Origin: Lama glama
Lineage: Eukaryota
Direction of reading: 5' to 3'
Assembly (NCBI GenBank): GCA_028534125.1
Contig: CM052817.1
Coordinates: forward strand, 32,366,001-32,430,000
Length of the DNA: 64,000 nt
In this document: one piece after another, positions 11,960 through 23,597 of the stretch
Numbering within the stretch: position 1 is the first letter of the stretch
How the letters are laid out: each line of letters starts with the position of its first letter
Notes under the pieces: model-generated
Told to the model about the DNA's origin: nothing
What the model saw: only the letters and a program-made list of their open reading frames with translations
Database searches by the model: none
Made by a program: the position numbers and the translations under genes

Positions 11960-12105
11960 GCAGCAGCGTGCTGGAAGGAGAACTCAGTGCCCAGGCAGCT
12001 CCAGTGCCAACTTGGTCATCAGCTTGCTGTGTGGCCTTAGCGAATTGCTTCACCTCTCTGAGTCTCACTCAGTTTCATTGCAGAGTGAGGAGGGTGGCTG
12101 AGATC
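11960..12105 (+). mobile_element. MIR SINE fragment
   Basis: gctgtgtggccttagcgaattgcttcacctctctgagtctc. Confidence 0.65.
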
Positions 12106-12750
12106 AGTAGTTCTCTCAACCCTCCCAGACTCAGTGCCCTCCTTTATAACAAATATTTTATTTTGGCTATTCTGAAATGAAATTCAAAGTTAATATGATC
12201 TATTGGCATATATTCCTTTAAACAATGAATATGGTACTCAAATTGTAATATAAAGCAGAAAAAAAGGGAAGGCAGTTTTTAATAAAATAGAATGTATTTT
12301 CAACAAAAAAGCTTGGCTATAACTATCCTAGAAGATAAAATTAAGTCATCAGATGCTTGGATGTAGAATTACCAGCTACAAATGCAGATCAGTGTGCAAT
12401 GTACTGGCAACATCACAAACATTGTTGTCATGGGATATGATTTCTGAAATGGTGAATAACCCTTGGTAAAGTTTTGAACAAAAACTTACATTTGTGCCTT
12501 GATCAACATAGTAAGTGCATTCCTGGAAATTTTCCTGTATATTAAAACCATATGGCAGGTGTGGGTACAGCTCAGTGGTAAAGTACATGCTTTGCATGCA
12601 TGAAGTCCTGGGTTCAAACCCCAGGACCTCCAATGTAAACAAACAAAAAAACCCCAAACAATTATTTTGTGTTATATGTTAAAATGTCTTTTCTAAAGTC
12701 TCACTAAATAATGAGAATGCCTACATATCAGACTTTTTCTGGGGGAAGTC
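12105..12750. mobile_element. Possible old hAT-Charlie-type DNA transposon remnant, interrupted by a SINE
   Basis: Starts cagtagttctc (Charlie-like terminal repeat) and has an AT-rich body. Family not resolved. Confidence 0.4.
12554..12660 (+). mobile_element. Camelid-type tRNA-derived SINE (Vic-1-like)
   Basis: A box tacagctcagtggtaaag, B box gggttcaaacccc, A/C-rich tail. Confidence 0.85.
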
Positions 12751-13017
12751 AAATGTGGGAACGCACCCTGACTGGGAAAAAAGTCACACTGTACTTGGTT
12801 TGTTTGCTCCGTCCCCTTGCCATTTCTCAAGTCTCTGACTTCAACTGTAACCACACAGGGCATGGCAGTCCAGAAAAATCTGCAAAACCAAAGGAGGCTG
12901 ACCTATACTCATTTCACTGGGGCATGCATCTTAACCTTGGTGACTTTGAAAAATGATAAACTCTTTCTTTGTAACCTGGTAAATGTCAGTTTTTGTCCTA
13001 TCGGTTTAACATCCAAT

Positions 13018-13023
13018 AATAAA
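13018..13023 (+). promoter_or_regulatory. Candidate polyadenylation signal AATAAA
   Basis: AATAAA followed within about 10-40 nt by a GT/T-rich tract (gtgtgcttctgttacttgtatgttcttc). A second AATAAA sits at 13142-13147. Confidence 0.55.
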
Positions 13024-13479
13024 ATCAAGAAAAAGTGTGCTTCTGTTACTTGTATGTTCTTCGCAAGGAAATGCTTTCCTTGCAGATTCCCTTCACCCAC
13101 CTCCGTTCTGTGAAGCCTGAATCAGGGCCACAAATTCCTTCAATAAATATCAATGCCACCTCTGCTCTGGGGTTTGATGCCGTGATGCTGGGATTCCATG
13201 CTGAAGCTTAATTATCAGCTTCAACTTATTTTATTCACAATTCATAGTCATCACATTCAAGACACTCTCTCTGAGGAGTTCAATACTGTTTTCATGTACA
13301 TTATTTCCGATGCTCCCCGCAAGGAATCCAGGTGTCTTCAGTGCAATAAGTAAGGAACCTGTTCATCCAGTACATCGTGTAGTCTTCTTCCGAGGCTTTT
13401 TATTTCAGAATAACATTCTACCCAGTTGTCTTTTGTTTCTCTGTGGCCTATAGAATTCATTCTTCTGCTTATTGATTTG

Positions 13480-13620
13480 TTTATTCACTCACTCGTTCAT
13501 TCATTCATTTGTACACTCATGAGTTCAATGAGTACCTGCTGTGTGCTGGATACAGTACGTACTGCTAGGGACACAGTGATGGACAAGGTCCTTGTTCTTC
13601 TGGAGCTTAATGTCCTGTCC
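13480..13620 (-). mobile_element. L2 LINE 3' end
   Basis: ttcattcattcatt...gagtacctgctgtgtgctggatac...ggacaaggtccttgttcttctggagctta. Confidence 0.8.
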
Positions 13621-13949
13621 AGTTTCATTCCTTCGTGTTTTTCCTGTCATAGTGTATTGGAAGGAAGAAAGAAAAAAAAAGTCAATACTGCAAATTTAAA
13701 AGAGAGAATGCCACACAATTGAATTAATTTTGAGGGTCAATACCTATACGTAAGAAAGTTGTGCGTGACAGTGGGAGAAGTGTGGTGAACTCCACAAGCG
13801 CATGTTACTCAGTGATGCCATCCCCAGGTGCACCGCTCAGTCTTTTAACGAGTATCTACTGAAACTGGGATCCTAGGATCATTATTGACAATAAAATGAG
13901 TGTGGGGAGAGGAGTTCTAATTCATTATTTTTTTGTTTGTTTTTTTCTC

Positions 13950-14112
13950 TTTCTTTCTTTTTTTTTAATTGAAGTATAGTCAGTTTACAATGTGTCAGTT
14001 TCTGGTGTATAGCATAATGTTTCGTACATACACATACATATATTCGTTTTCATATTCTTTTTCATTATAGGTGACTACAAGATATTGAATATAGTTTCCT
14101 GTGCTATACAGT
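13950..14112 (-). mobile_element. Young 5'-truncated L1 3' UTR
   Basis: Poly-T, then aattgaagtatagtcagtttacaatg...caagatattgaatatagtt...tgtgctatacagt. Same family as the copies at 30785 and 41200. Confidence 0.88.
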
Positions 14113-15027
14113 TTTTATTTCTTTTTCTTTTTTTTAGAATTGAGTCTAGATTCATTCTAATATGTCCCATGACAGCTGTGTGCCCCACCTACTGTGTTCC
14201 TAAGTAACAGGGAGAGTTGTAGGCCATTAAACTTCACTTTCAGGCACCCTGCAAATCCTTCACGAGGCAGACTGCTGCCAGGAGTTCTATAAAGTTTGGG
14301 TTCAGTGGAAGACTTCTCAGTAGCATGCCATTGAATAATATCCCTATAATTATGAATAATGTGTTATGGAGATTTTAAGAAACCAGTATTACAAACTGCA
14401 TTAGGTCATTGAAATGTGAGCCCAGAAACCATATGGGTAAATGACATTCAGTATATGCCATTTAAATACCAAAGTGGTGAAGCTTCTTGGTCTTAAGGCA
14501 GTGAGCGAATAGGGGCCTTGAAAATGAAGCATGAACTAATTCTCTTATTTTAAATGGAATATGATGGGAGAATTTCACAACTAAAAATTGCCCCCTGGGT
14601 GCCAGCATGAACATCATACTTTCCATAGTATTATTGGCAATTAGTATATCAAAACCAGGCAGCTAACTCTCTTTGCTAGTGGGTGAGCAACAAAAAATAT
14701 GACAAATGATATGTTATGGCTTTATTTCAATACAGTTTAAGTCATAATTTAAGTGATACAACCAAAACAGTATCTTGAAATATGATGTGAAATGTATTTT
14801 AGAAAAGGTCGTTAGTAATTAGACAATTGTCAGAATGCCGTTTGATGCATTGGACACTTCTGCAATTGATTTCTGGTGTTGGGATGCTGCGGACAGGGCA
14901 TTATATTCCCCTTCTACTTACTTCTTAGAACAGGGAACAAATTTCAGGGCTGTGTCTTCAGAAAAACAGACTTCGGAATTGGCCTGGCTCTGGGGGTCAC
15001 AAAGTTGAAATGAGAATAGAAGTAGTT

Positions 15028-15175
15028 ATTTGTTCATTCATCTTTGATTCATTTAAGAAGCATTTGTCTGTCGATGCTTGTTGAATGATGCTCTAGGCAT
15101 TGCATCAGGCCCTGGGACACAAAGGTGAGGAGAATGCATTCAGCAGTCCTGGGCAGTGTGTACTTACGGGGTGAG
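15028..15175 (-). mobile_element. L2 LINE 3' end
   Basis: ttcattcatc...ctaggcattgcatcaggccctgggacacaaaggtga. Confidence 0.6.
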
Positions 15176-15889
15176 TCTGTGATCTCTGAAAGATGCCGCA
15201 CTGACTGGTTATAGGTAAGGAATCTCTTGTATCTTAAATCCATGATGTTGATAGTGGGGTGAATCAGTGTCTTCTGTGGTACTGTCATCTGGAAACCTAG
15301 ACTTTGTGATAACTCATTCAGGGAAGTTTCCCAGCTTAATGTAACTTGTGATGAGAATGATCTAAGAAGAAACAAGTGTGGCCTAATAATGACAATGTGC
15401 TGGGAACGGCGAGTAAGCCATAAAGGACTTCGTACTCAACCTTAGAAGGGAGGCATTAATTAAAACAAGAGAAGACACATCATCAAGTTTGGAGACTCCA
15501 CTTTCCACAGAAGCAATTTCCCTCCCTGGAAGGTCTCCCCTTCCACACTTCATTAGCAAATTCTTGACATTTCACATATAGTGTTTTACTCAGACTTGAG
15601 ACTTGGAAGGATGTTAGAAAGCAAATGCAGATAATTTGGAGCAGTAATCTCGTGGTACGAAGGAGGTTTTGGAGTCTTTCCAGAAAGTCATTTGGTTCGA
15701 GAGGGAGATGAAGGACTATTAGGGCCCTTAATGTGTGATTAGGGTTGGCAGGATATCCCCCTTTGAATGGGATGGTCAAAGGCATGAAAACCAGGTTTTA
15801 CCTGTTCCACTGTTGTGTTTGGCACCAGCATGGTTTTACTAGCTAGTAGAGTTCTGTCTTCCCAAAGGCAGCTTCACCTTAGAAATGGT

Positions 15890-16256
15890 CACTATGGACT
15901 TGATAGTTGTGTCCCTCCAAAATTCACATAGTGGAACCTAAACCCCCATGTGATGGTATTCGGAGATGGGGCCTTTGGGAGGTGATCAGGTCATGAGGGT
16001 GGAGCGCCCACCCATGCATGTGATTAGCATCCTTATAAAAGAGACCCCAGTGAGCTCCCGCAGCCCTTCTGCTACGTCAGGACTCAGCAAGAAGATGGCC
16101 ATCTGCGAACCCCAAAGTAGGTTCTCACTAGACATCGAAGCGGCTGGCACCTTGACTTCATCCACCCAGGCTCCAGAACTGTGAGAAATACATGTTTGTT
16201 GGCTAAGCTCCCACTCTATGCTGTTTTCGTTATGGCAGCCTGAACAGACTAAGATA
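15890..16256 (+). mobile_element. MaLR solo LTR (MLT1A-like)
   Basis: ctatggact...gtccctccaaaattcac...gggcctttgggaggtgatcaggtcatgagggtggag...ccagaactgtgagaaata...gactaagata, with a degenerate 5-bp target site duplication (TSD) atggt/atgct. Confidence 0.92.
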
Positions 16257-16589
16257 ATGCTTATCTTTGCTCCAAGACCCATTTGTAGCCATACTATATT
16301 CTGTTGTTTATGACAGCTTTCTGCTGCAAATCACTGGCCTGGATGTGATGTGACTGACTTCTGACCTTTCTTGGTTTGATTTGAAACTGCCCAACTGAAA
16401 ATAAAAAGGGCTGGGGATGGAGGCCTCGAGGGAAAATCAAAGAAAAACATTCAGGTTTACTTTGAAAAAATAAATTTCTTCTGGATGTTAAGAAGAGTGA
16501 TGGCATAATTTAATATGTATACTTCCTATGGATAATTTGACAGAAAGCTTAAGATGACCCTATGTTTCCCAGAATAGCCTCTGTAGAAT

Positions 16590-16798
16590 ACAAATAACTA
16601 GTACTTAATTCAACATTATTACATGCAGACATTGTGCTAAGCGCTTAACATTATTAAACCCATTTTAAGATGGAAAAACTGAGGCTAAGGCATTATTAAG
16701 TAACCTGACCCAGGTCGTGAAGCAGGTACATGTTGGAGCAAAATTCAAGCCCCGGTTTTCTGAAGTTGAGCCCTACCCTCTTCCCACTGATACTACAG
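16590..16798 (-). mobile_element. MIR SINE
   Basis: cccattttaagatggaaaaactgaggct...aagtaacctgacccaggtc. Confidence 0.85.
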
Positions 16799-16799
16799 A

Positions 16800-17048
16800 A
16801 GTTTAATAAGATATGGATTGAAAAAAAAATATCCTGTGGTCAATTAAGTTGGGAAAATAATGACTTAAAAGTGATTTGAACAATTCTTCTCTGCAGGACT
16901 CTTCAGAGCCTTTAACCTACTGTTTGTGGGGAACTTCAAGGAGAAGTTTCTGTGCAGACTTTCCAAATTTATTTCACCATGGACCACTTTTTTTCCATGA
17001 AGTTCTTGTAGAGGGACTGTTCTAGAAGAATTTTTTCAGGAAGTGCTT
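16800..17048. mobile_element. hAT DNA transposon remnant (MER103-like)
   Basis: ctgtggtcaattaagttgggaaa...tctgcaggactcttcagagcctttaa...tttccaaatttatttcaccatgga. Confidence 0.6.
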
Positions 17049-17787
17049 CCTAAGACTTTATTTGTTCTTTAGAATTACAGATGTTCATGAGCATTGGGAG
17101 TTAAGTTTTATCAGCTTGTATAAGGGAAGAATTCTGACCCTATAACCTGATAAACACTTTTCACCCAGGAAATTCATTACAGAATAAAAGGCTCCAAATG
17201 GAAATCTCTTGTTTATCTCTATTCTTTATACTTCTATTATCTTTTCCTTTCGTCTTATTTTCTTCACCCTTCTATCAATTGTATCATAAAATAAAGCTCC
17301 CCTGAGCCCAGTATTGATGTCAGTATTGCCTTCCCAGCATTCATGTTTTCCCTTCAGCCCCTTACAGGTTATATTTTTGCATGTTCATTTCTGTTTTCTC
17401 TTGTTCTCTTCTACTTCCTTTGTCAGAGTTTTGTTTTCCTAGTTAATCTCTCGATTGCAAATCCGTTTACAGTTCTTAAGAACAGGCACTTAAATTTTAA
17501 TGTAATTATGAATCAATGGAAGAGACAAATGTCTATTATTCAAAATTAGAACACACTGAATAGCACTCCATATGAAAATGAATTTGTATCCTGATTCATA
17601 CAATGCATGCATTTTATGCAATTTTTAAATAATTATTTTCCAAATGTTTGAATATTTGGGTTATTAAAAATGACAATTCTTAAATTATACTTCCAATAGG
17701 TCTGAGTTGTGAATATACTTACATCTTAAGTCACTGTGATAAAAATGTTGACTAATATTTGCCAAAATGATTTGATGAGGAAAATCA

Positions 17788-17902
17788 CTTGGCATGCTTA
17801 TTAGAGACAGATTCTTGGACTCCACTCCAAGCACACTGAATCAGAATCTCCAGGGGCATCTGTATTTTTAACATCAGCCTTCAAGTTTGAAAACCAATGG
17901 CC
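17788..17902. mobile_element. MER5-like hAT fragment
   Basis: cagattcttggactccac...ctgaatcagaatctcca...aagtttgaaaacca. Confidence 0.7.
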
Positions 17903-20900
17903 TGGATCTGGCTTTAATGACTCACGAGCAGAATATTGCAGAAAGGATTTATTGCATGTAATATGCTGTCTTCCTAACTTTCTAAATGGACAATAACATT
18001 TTAATTTAAAAGCCTCTGAGAATATTAAATATTTGCCATACTCCAGTAATAGGTAAATCCTGAAAATTTAGTATTCTTGATCTGTATCCATACATATAAA
18101 GGTGTTGCTATTCCATTAGATTTTTCAATAAAAGGACAAAAAAATAGAAATTTTAGTATTCTTCCCCAGAACGTACAAATGTCCTTTCTTGCGTTTCATA
18201 TTTGGATAGCTTCTTTGTCGAGCTATCAGAATATGTATTTCATAGGTCATTCCTTCCATCCCATGTTCACTGTGTATTATCCAGAGCCAGAGTCACAGTG
18301 AGGATAATGAGTCCCCATCGACCACTGTCTGACTGGCCGTGGTTGTCGGCCAAATGGAGCTAGTCACCTGGGCGATTCAGACTTAGGAACAGCTTTACGA
18401 TTATTCATATGAGTCTCCAGAGAACATCAAAAATAGACTGAAACTGACATCCAAATATTAGACCTCACAGGTGGTCCACATCCACTGGAATTTTCCCAAA
18501 CATTGACTAGAGGAGAGAAATTTGACTTTTTCTGTTTATTCATCAAATGTCCCAAAGAGAAGATTAGAAATGAACCTGTTTCAGTTTCTATTCATGGAAA
18601 CAGAAGTTTTTTTTCTTTTCTTTTTTTTTCCAGAGCCCAATGTAATCTCTCATCCCTACAGTGTCTTAGTGTTGAAAAGTAGGTTCTATAAAACTCTAGA
18701 GAAGAAATATTGTTGCAGAGAGGCCAAATGTAACTTCAAATTGAATGTGCCAGTATTTGAAATACATGGTGCTTTGGTGGAAATCATAAGATTTTTTTTT
18801 CTCAATGTTTTCCTTGTTTGATTTAGCTTTTCTTCCTTCAATAGCCAAAAGTGGCCAAGCAAGAGAAAACCACCTTGATTATTGGAAACCAAAGTTGTAA
18901 AGTTTTTGGAGAGGAGTGACCCCTTCCTCCTTAACCAATTTGATCCACAATGAAAGGAAATTCTGGGATATAAATCACTTCCAGTCTGGTGCTGTTGAGG
19001 TCTCTAGTTCATTTAGGCCTGGAGTTTGGCTAGGAAATTTGTGGACTTGGCCATGAGATGGCAATGTTGTGTAAGAAATAAGAGGCCACGAGGCATCAGT
19101 ACTGACTCAAACTGGGAAATAACAATTCCTTAGGTCAATTCTATAACTTAATTACTAGTTTTACTGCTCTCCATAAATTTGGAGAATAACTTAAATTGAT
19201 GGAAGATGGCCAGAAATAAAATACAAAGAGTGTGATAGAAAATGTGAAGTGTTAATTTACTATCTTTATACCTAATAAAGGATTTATGCATTTGATCCCC
19301 AAGACTCAGGAAGCAATTTCTCTGCTAGAACGAAGCTTTCTGTGTGCTAATTTTTAAATTTCCTTATGCAACCTAACACCACCATCTTGTTAACTTGGAG
19401 TTCTTATTGAGACATAATTCAATTTGTTAATAAATATTTTGAATATAGAGCTTTGCTCTTAAGCATGGAATAGGAGAAACTGATGGTTTCCTTAATGATC
19501 CTTTAATATTTCTATGATTTTTCAAATTGTTACCGTTTCCCATGGTCAAACTCCCCAGGTCTGTCCTGGGCAGGAGGTCAGTTTCAGAAACCCTTAGGGT
19601 TATTCCAAGCAAATATTTCAGTGTTCACCTGAAAAGTGGAATAATATTGTCAAAAAACTCCCTAAGAAATCATAGGGGCTCACTAGAATAATATTGCTGG
19701 AGTGTTTGAAAAGTCATAAATGAAAGGAAAAAATTTATAGCATTAGTTAAAAACTATTTATCTAAAAAATAAATATCTCTGCAGAAGCAGAAATGTGTCC
19801 TGTCAAAAATGTAGATTTCCATTTTGGCTTCTCTACACCTGCACTGGTATTTTTTATCATTTTATTTTTAAACATAATTTCTCAGAGAACATTGATCTTA
19901 AAATTTATGCCATTACAGTCAGTGAATTTATCAGTTAAATATTCCTTCTGCCAATGACCGCACACCTAAGCCTAAGTTAAAATGATAGTTTCCAAATAAA
20001 ATTTTACAAAAGACTTTCTACTCCCCACTTCATCACTGAAACTTTAACCCAGGTCTTTATGCTCTGCATCATCTGGGTCAGACTTATGGAGAAGGGGCTC
20101 TATTCTCAATTTTCACAGCATCATCAGAGATATAACAGTTTTAGGGTATTGTCGCTGATGGCTGAAGGAAAGGAAACTTCCTTGGTGTGGGTTATTGATA
20201 ATAACAAGGACACTGTTAACTGACGTTACAAACCCTCAACTAGCCTAGAGCTTATTTGTATGTAGTTTTAACAAATAGAGCGTCTACCTACTTTGTATTT
20301 ATTTTCAATAAATAGACATTGTGCGAGGTCTCAGGAAGACAGAAGTCATTGTGGGTAGGTATCTCTCTCTTAAACCAGAATAGTGTAATAGAACATTTGC
20401 CTCAGAGTCAAACTGGGAAAGGAAATAAGTTTTGATTAAAGATGTAAGGAAAAGAGGCGAGGATTAAAGAAGACGTTGAAGGCTGGCTGTCTGCTGCTGG
20501 AGCTGTCTATCAGCAAGGCAAGGAGAGGGGAAAACTGGATGTCCACATTCAGTTGTGCAGATTTTGCTTTTCACAACCCCAGGGAGCACCTCTCATTTGG
20601 GTCACTGCTACTTACAGTGCTAGTCAACAAGGAACTGGGATGAGAATACAAATCAATGCACTGCTTCCTTCACTGAGATAATCTTGCTATGAAAAAAAAA
20701 AAAAGGCTGCACTAAACAGCATGCTTAGGGACACAGTAGATTTAAATTTTGATGCAAGCTCCTAATTTAATGGTGGACCTAAAATCAATAGCCTGTGGAC
20801 TGACAGTAGTCCTGAGTAGCTCAGATTAGACTATGATGAGAATAGTGTCCCTTAGAATTGTGCTTTGCCCAACAGTGAACTTTATGCAATAAACTTGCAT

Positions 20901-22239
20901 AAGAGAAGGTGGCTTTACTGTTGGTTAAGTGGCTTCTTTAAAGTTCTTGGAAGGTCTCATGTAAGAAGAGACCATCAGAACCATTTCTGCTGTTCCCCCA
21001 CTGAGTGGACATAAACCCTACAAACAGAACTGCCTTTCTTCTGAGATTCTTTCAGAAATCAAGTATGCACCAGGATCTGTACCAAGGTGAGGCAGGTAAT
21101 GCAGTTGCATTGGATAAAAACAAACAACAACAAACTCAGTAATAAACTAATATTTTAATGCAATATTTTTAAAAGTCAAAGTTAACGAAAAAAATCCATG
21201 ACGAACAAAGTGTCTGCATTTTAAATAGAGGATTATACTGAGAATACATTCTTTCGGAATCTGAATGCATGCCCTGAATTGTCTGCAAATTAGCCCCATA
21301 TGCTTAGTATCACTGGGCTTTGATGAGAGAATCTCATTGTGACCTGTATCTTTACAGTAAATCAGATAGGGGAAAAAAAAAAAGACCAAATATAGCAAGT
21401 TTCTTGTATCAGATGAAACTGCATTTATCAGCAACTTTTCTCTGTAGCCACAAAAATGAAAAATGCTTGATCCAAGAAGCAGTGAGGACTTGCCCAAATT
21501 CAGTTTCTGATCACATGAACTGTGTTGCACAGGTCTGATCAATACACCTCCTTTTAATTCCTAGGAGTGTTTCAGACCAACCTGGACTATGGGAGGGAAG
21601 TGCCAGTCTGATGTGTGGACACCTGTACTGGTGGACCTAAAGGGCATTTCTAATCCAGGGTACAGTGAATAAACGTTAAAAGAGATTCAGCAACACAGGA
21701 ACTGTTTTATTTGAGCAAAATATGATCTGTGACATTCACACTGGAAGAAAACATCTTGCATCAGGAAGAGAGACATTTCCTTGGGAAAGCCTAAGATAAG
21801 GGGTTTATTAATTACTGGATGCGATTCCATTGTTCATTCTTTGATGGGACTTTCTGAAACATGTCTTGTTTGGCTTTAGTCTCTGTGTATTGGAGAGTTG
21901 CCTTAGGAAGAGTTAGCTTTCCAGCAACTGCAGGATGGTGCAGTGAAAACCGACACTTGATTGATCTCTGTTTTGGAGAACAGTGAGAACTCTATAAAGA
22001 AACTTCAGAAAGTCATTCCATTTGGAGATAATACTGATGTCCACTATACCTCCTCTCTTGGAACACCCCTTTCCCAAGAGCCACAAATACATTTAAATGA
22101 GCTTGTTAATTTCTAAATATTCTTAGTTGTGATAATAGAGGAATCAAACGAAAGCTTATCTTTTTCCCTGTCTTCCCATGAACTTGCAGATCTATGTATG
22201 TTTATAACCCAGAGGACCAGCAAAAATGCTCTGTTTTGA

Positions 22240-22350
22240 TTTTTTTTTATTGAAGTGTGTATAGTCATACTAAGTGAAGTAAGCCAGAAAGAGAAAGAAA
22301 AATATCATATGATATCACTTACATGTGGAATCTAAAAAAATGACCCAAAT
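22240..22350 (-). mobile_element. Tiny young L1 insertion with 5' inversion
   Basis: Reverse tail ttttttttattgaagt..atagtca joined to the forward L1 segment tcatactaagtgaagtaagccagaaagag...tggaatctaaaaaaatgac, flanked by tgttttga repeats. Confidence 0.8.
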
Positions 22351-23471
22351 GTTTTGACTTTGAACTTAGGGAGAGAGGACCAGGACAATTTGTGGCTGCT
22401 GCTGGTCAGAATTAACATGGGTATCAGCAAAGCCAGGTCACCCCAGCCAATAAAACAATTCTAGTGTTTGTTATTTTCAAAAAAGTACTATAAATAGCTT
22501 TAGGAAATAATCAGAACTTTGTAGGGCTTCCTTCAGCTTTCGACTGTGACAAAAAGTTGAATTATAAGTGGAGGTGGAGGGAAGGCATCATAATTTCTTC
22601 AAAGTTTAAGGTCTTTGAGGACAAAATAACTCGTGCAAATAACAGGGGCAAAACATGAAGCCAGTCTGTCACCGGAGGCTTTTAGAGAAGACAGTCAGCC
22701 TCCATGGTCCCCAGAGGTCTGTGCTCACCTCCCTTCACAATTTCCCACGGGGCTGGGGACTGCTGACCAGAATCTGACTAGAAAAGAGGTCCCTGGTGTC
22801 TAGAGAATTCCCTTTGCTCCTGTTCTTATTGCCCTCATGATGATGGGTTAAGGCTGCCTGTGGAAGCCCTGTCCACAGTACCCCCAGCAGTGTCCTAACT
22901 TCAGTACCGGCCCCAGCTTCATGGCATTTGTCTGATGAAGGAATTCCAGCCACAGAGGTAGATTTGCACATTGGTGTCTCAGAGCCAGAAGGAAGCCACG
23001 CCAAACAATGTGGCACCAAACAGGGAACAGTGTGGTGGATAGAATACTTCTCTAGGTTTTATTGAGAGAAGAGAGCTGGGTTACCTACTTCATCACTTTT
23101 CCTCTGGTTCAGCTTCGAGCGCAGTGGACTGCTGATGCTCTGTGTGAAACGCAGGGCCAGTGTTATCGAGGGAGGTTGGCAGGTATGGATGACAACGAGG
23201 ACACAACTTTTTCCCTGTGCTGCTTCCCCTTCCGGTTTATGACCTATGGACAGACCTTCCAGAACCAGCTAGAGTGAGAGAGTCTGCCAACTACACACAA
23301 GCCCATGGACACACATTCTGTACCGCATCCAAAGATGTGCTGATGAAGGCTGGAGAACCGGCTGTGGGCAATTTTACTCCTGAATATGTAAGGTCTGCTT
23401 GGTGGGACCCTGCCTCAGAGAGGAAGAGTCCAGGGAGATTCTACCCAGTGTTTGAAAAAAAAGCCACTCAC

Positions 23472-23597
23472 GGAGAGGGAGGGTATAGCTAAGCAGGTTC
23501 AATCCCCAGTACCTCCATTAAAAATAAATATGTAAGTAAACCTAATTACCACCCCCACCAAAATAAAAAAACCCACAAAAACAAAAAAACAAAAAAA
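23472..23597 (+). mobile_element. Camelid-type SINE with an internal deletion
   Basis: gagggtatagct...ggttcaatccccagtacctcca...taaacctaattacc, an A-rich tail and a TSD-like aaaaaaa(gc/t)cactca. Confidence 0.85.

Larger units (their letters stand above)
10635..13045 (+). other. SPATA18: Probable SPATA18 3' UTR
   Basis: Runs from the stop codon to the best poly(A) signal candidate. The end is inferred, not observed. Confidence 0.55.

Noticed and set aside
12554..12630. tRNA gene (also at 23472, 48330 and 56040)
   Set aside because: The A and B boxes belong to tRNA-derived SINE heads with tails and TSDs. No complete cloverleaf is present.
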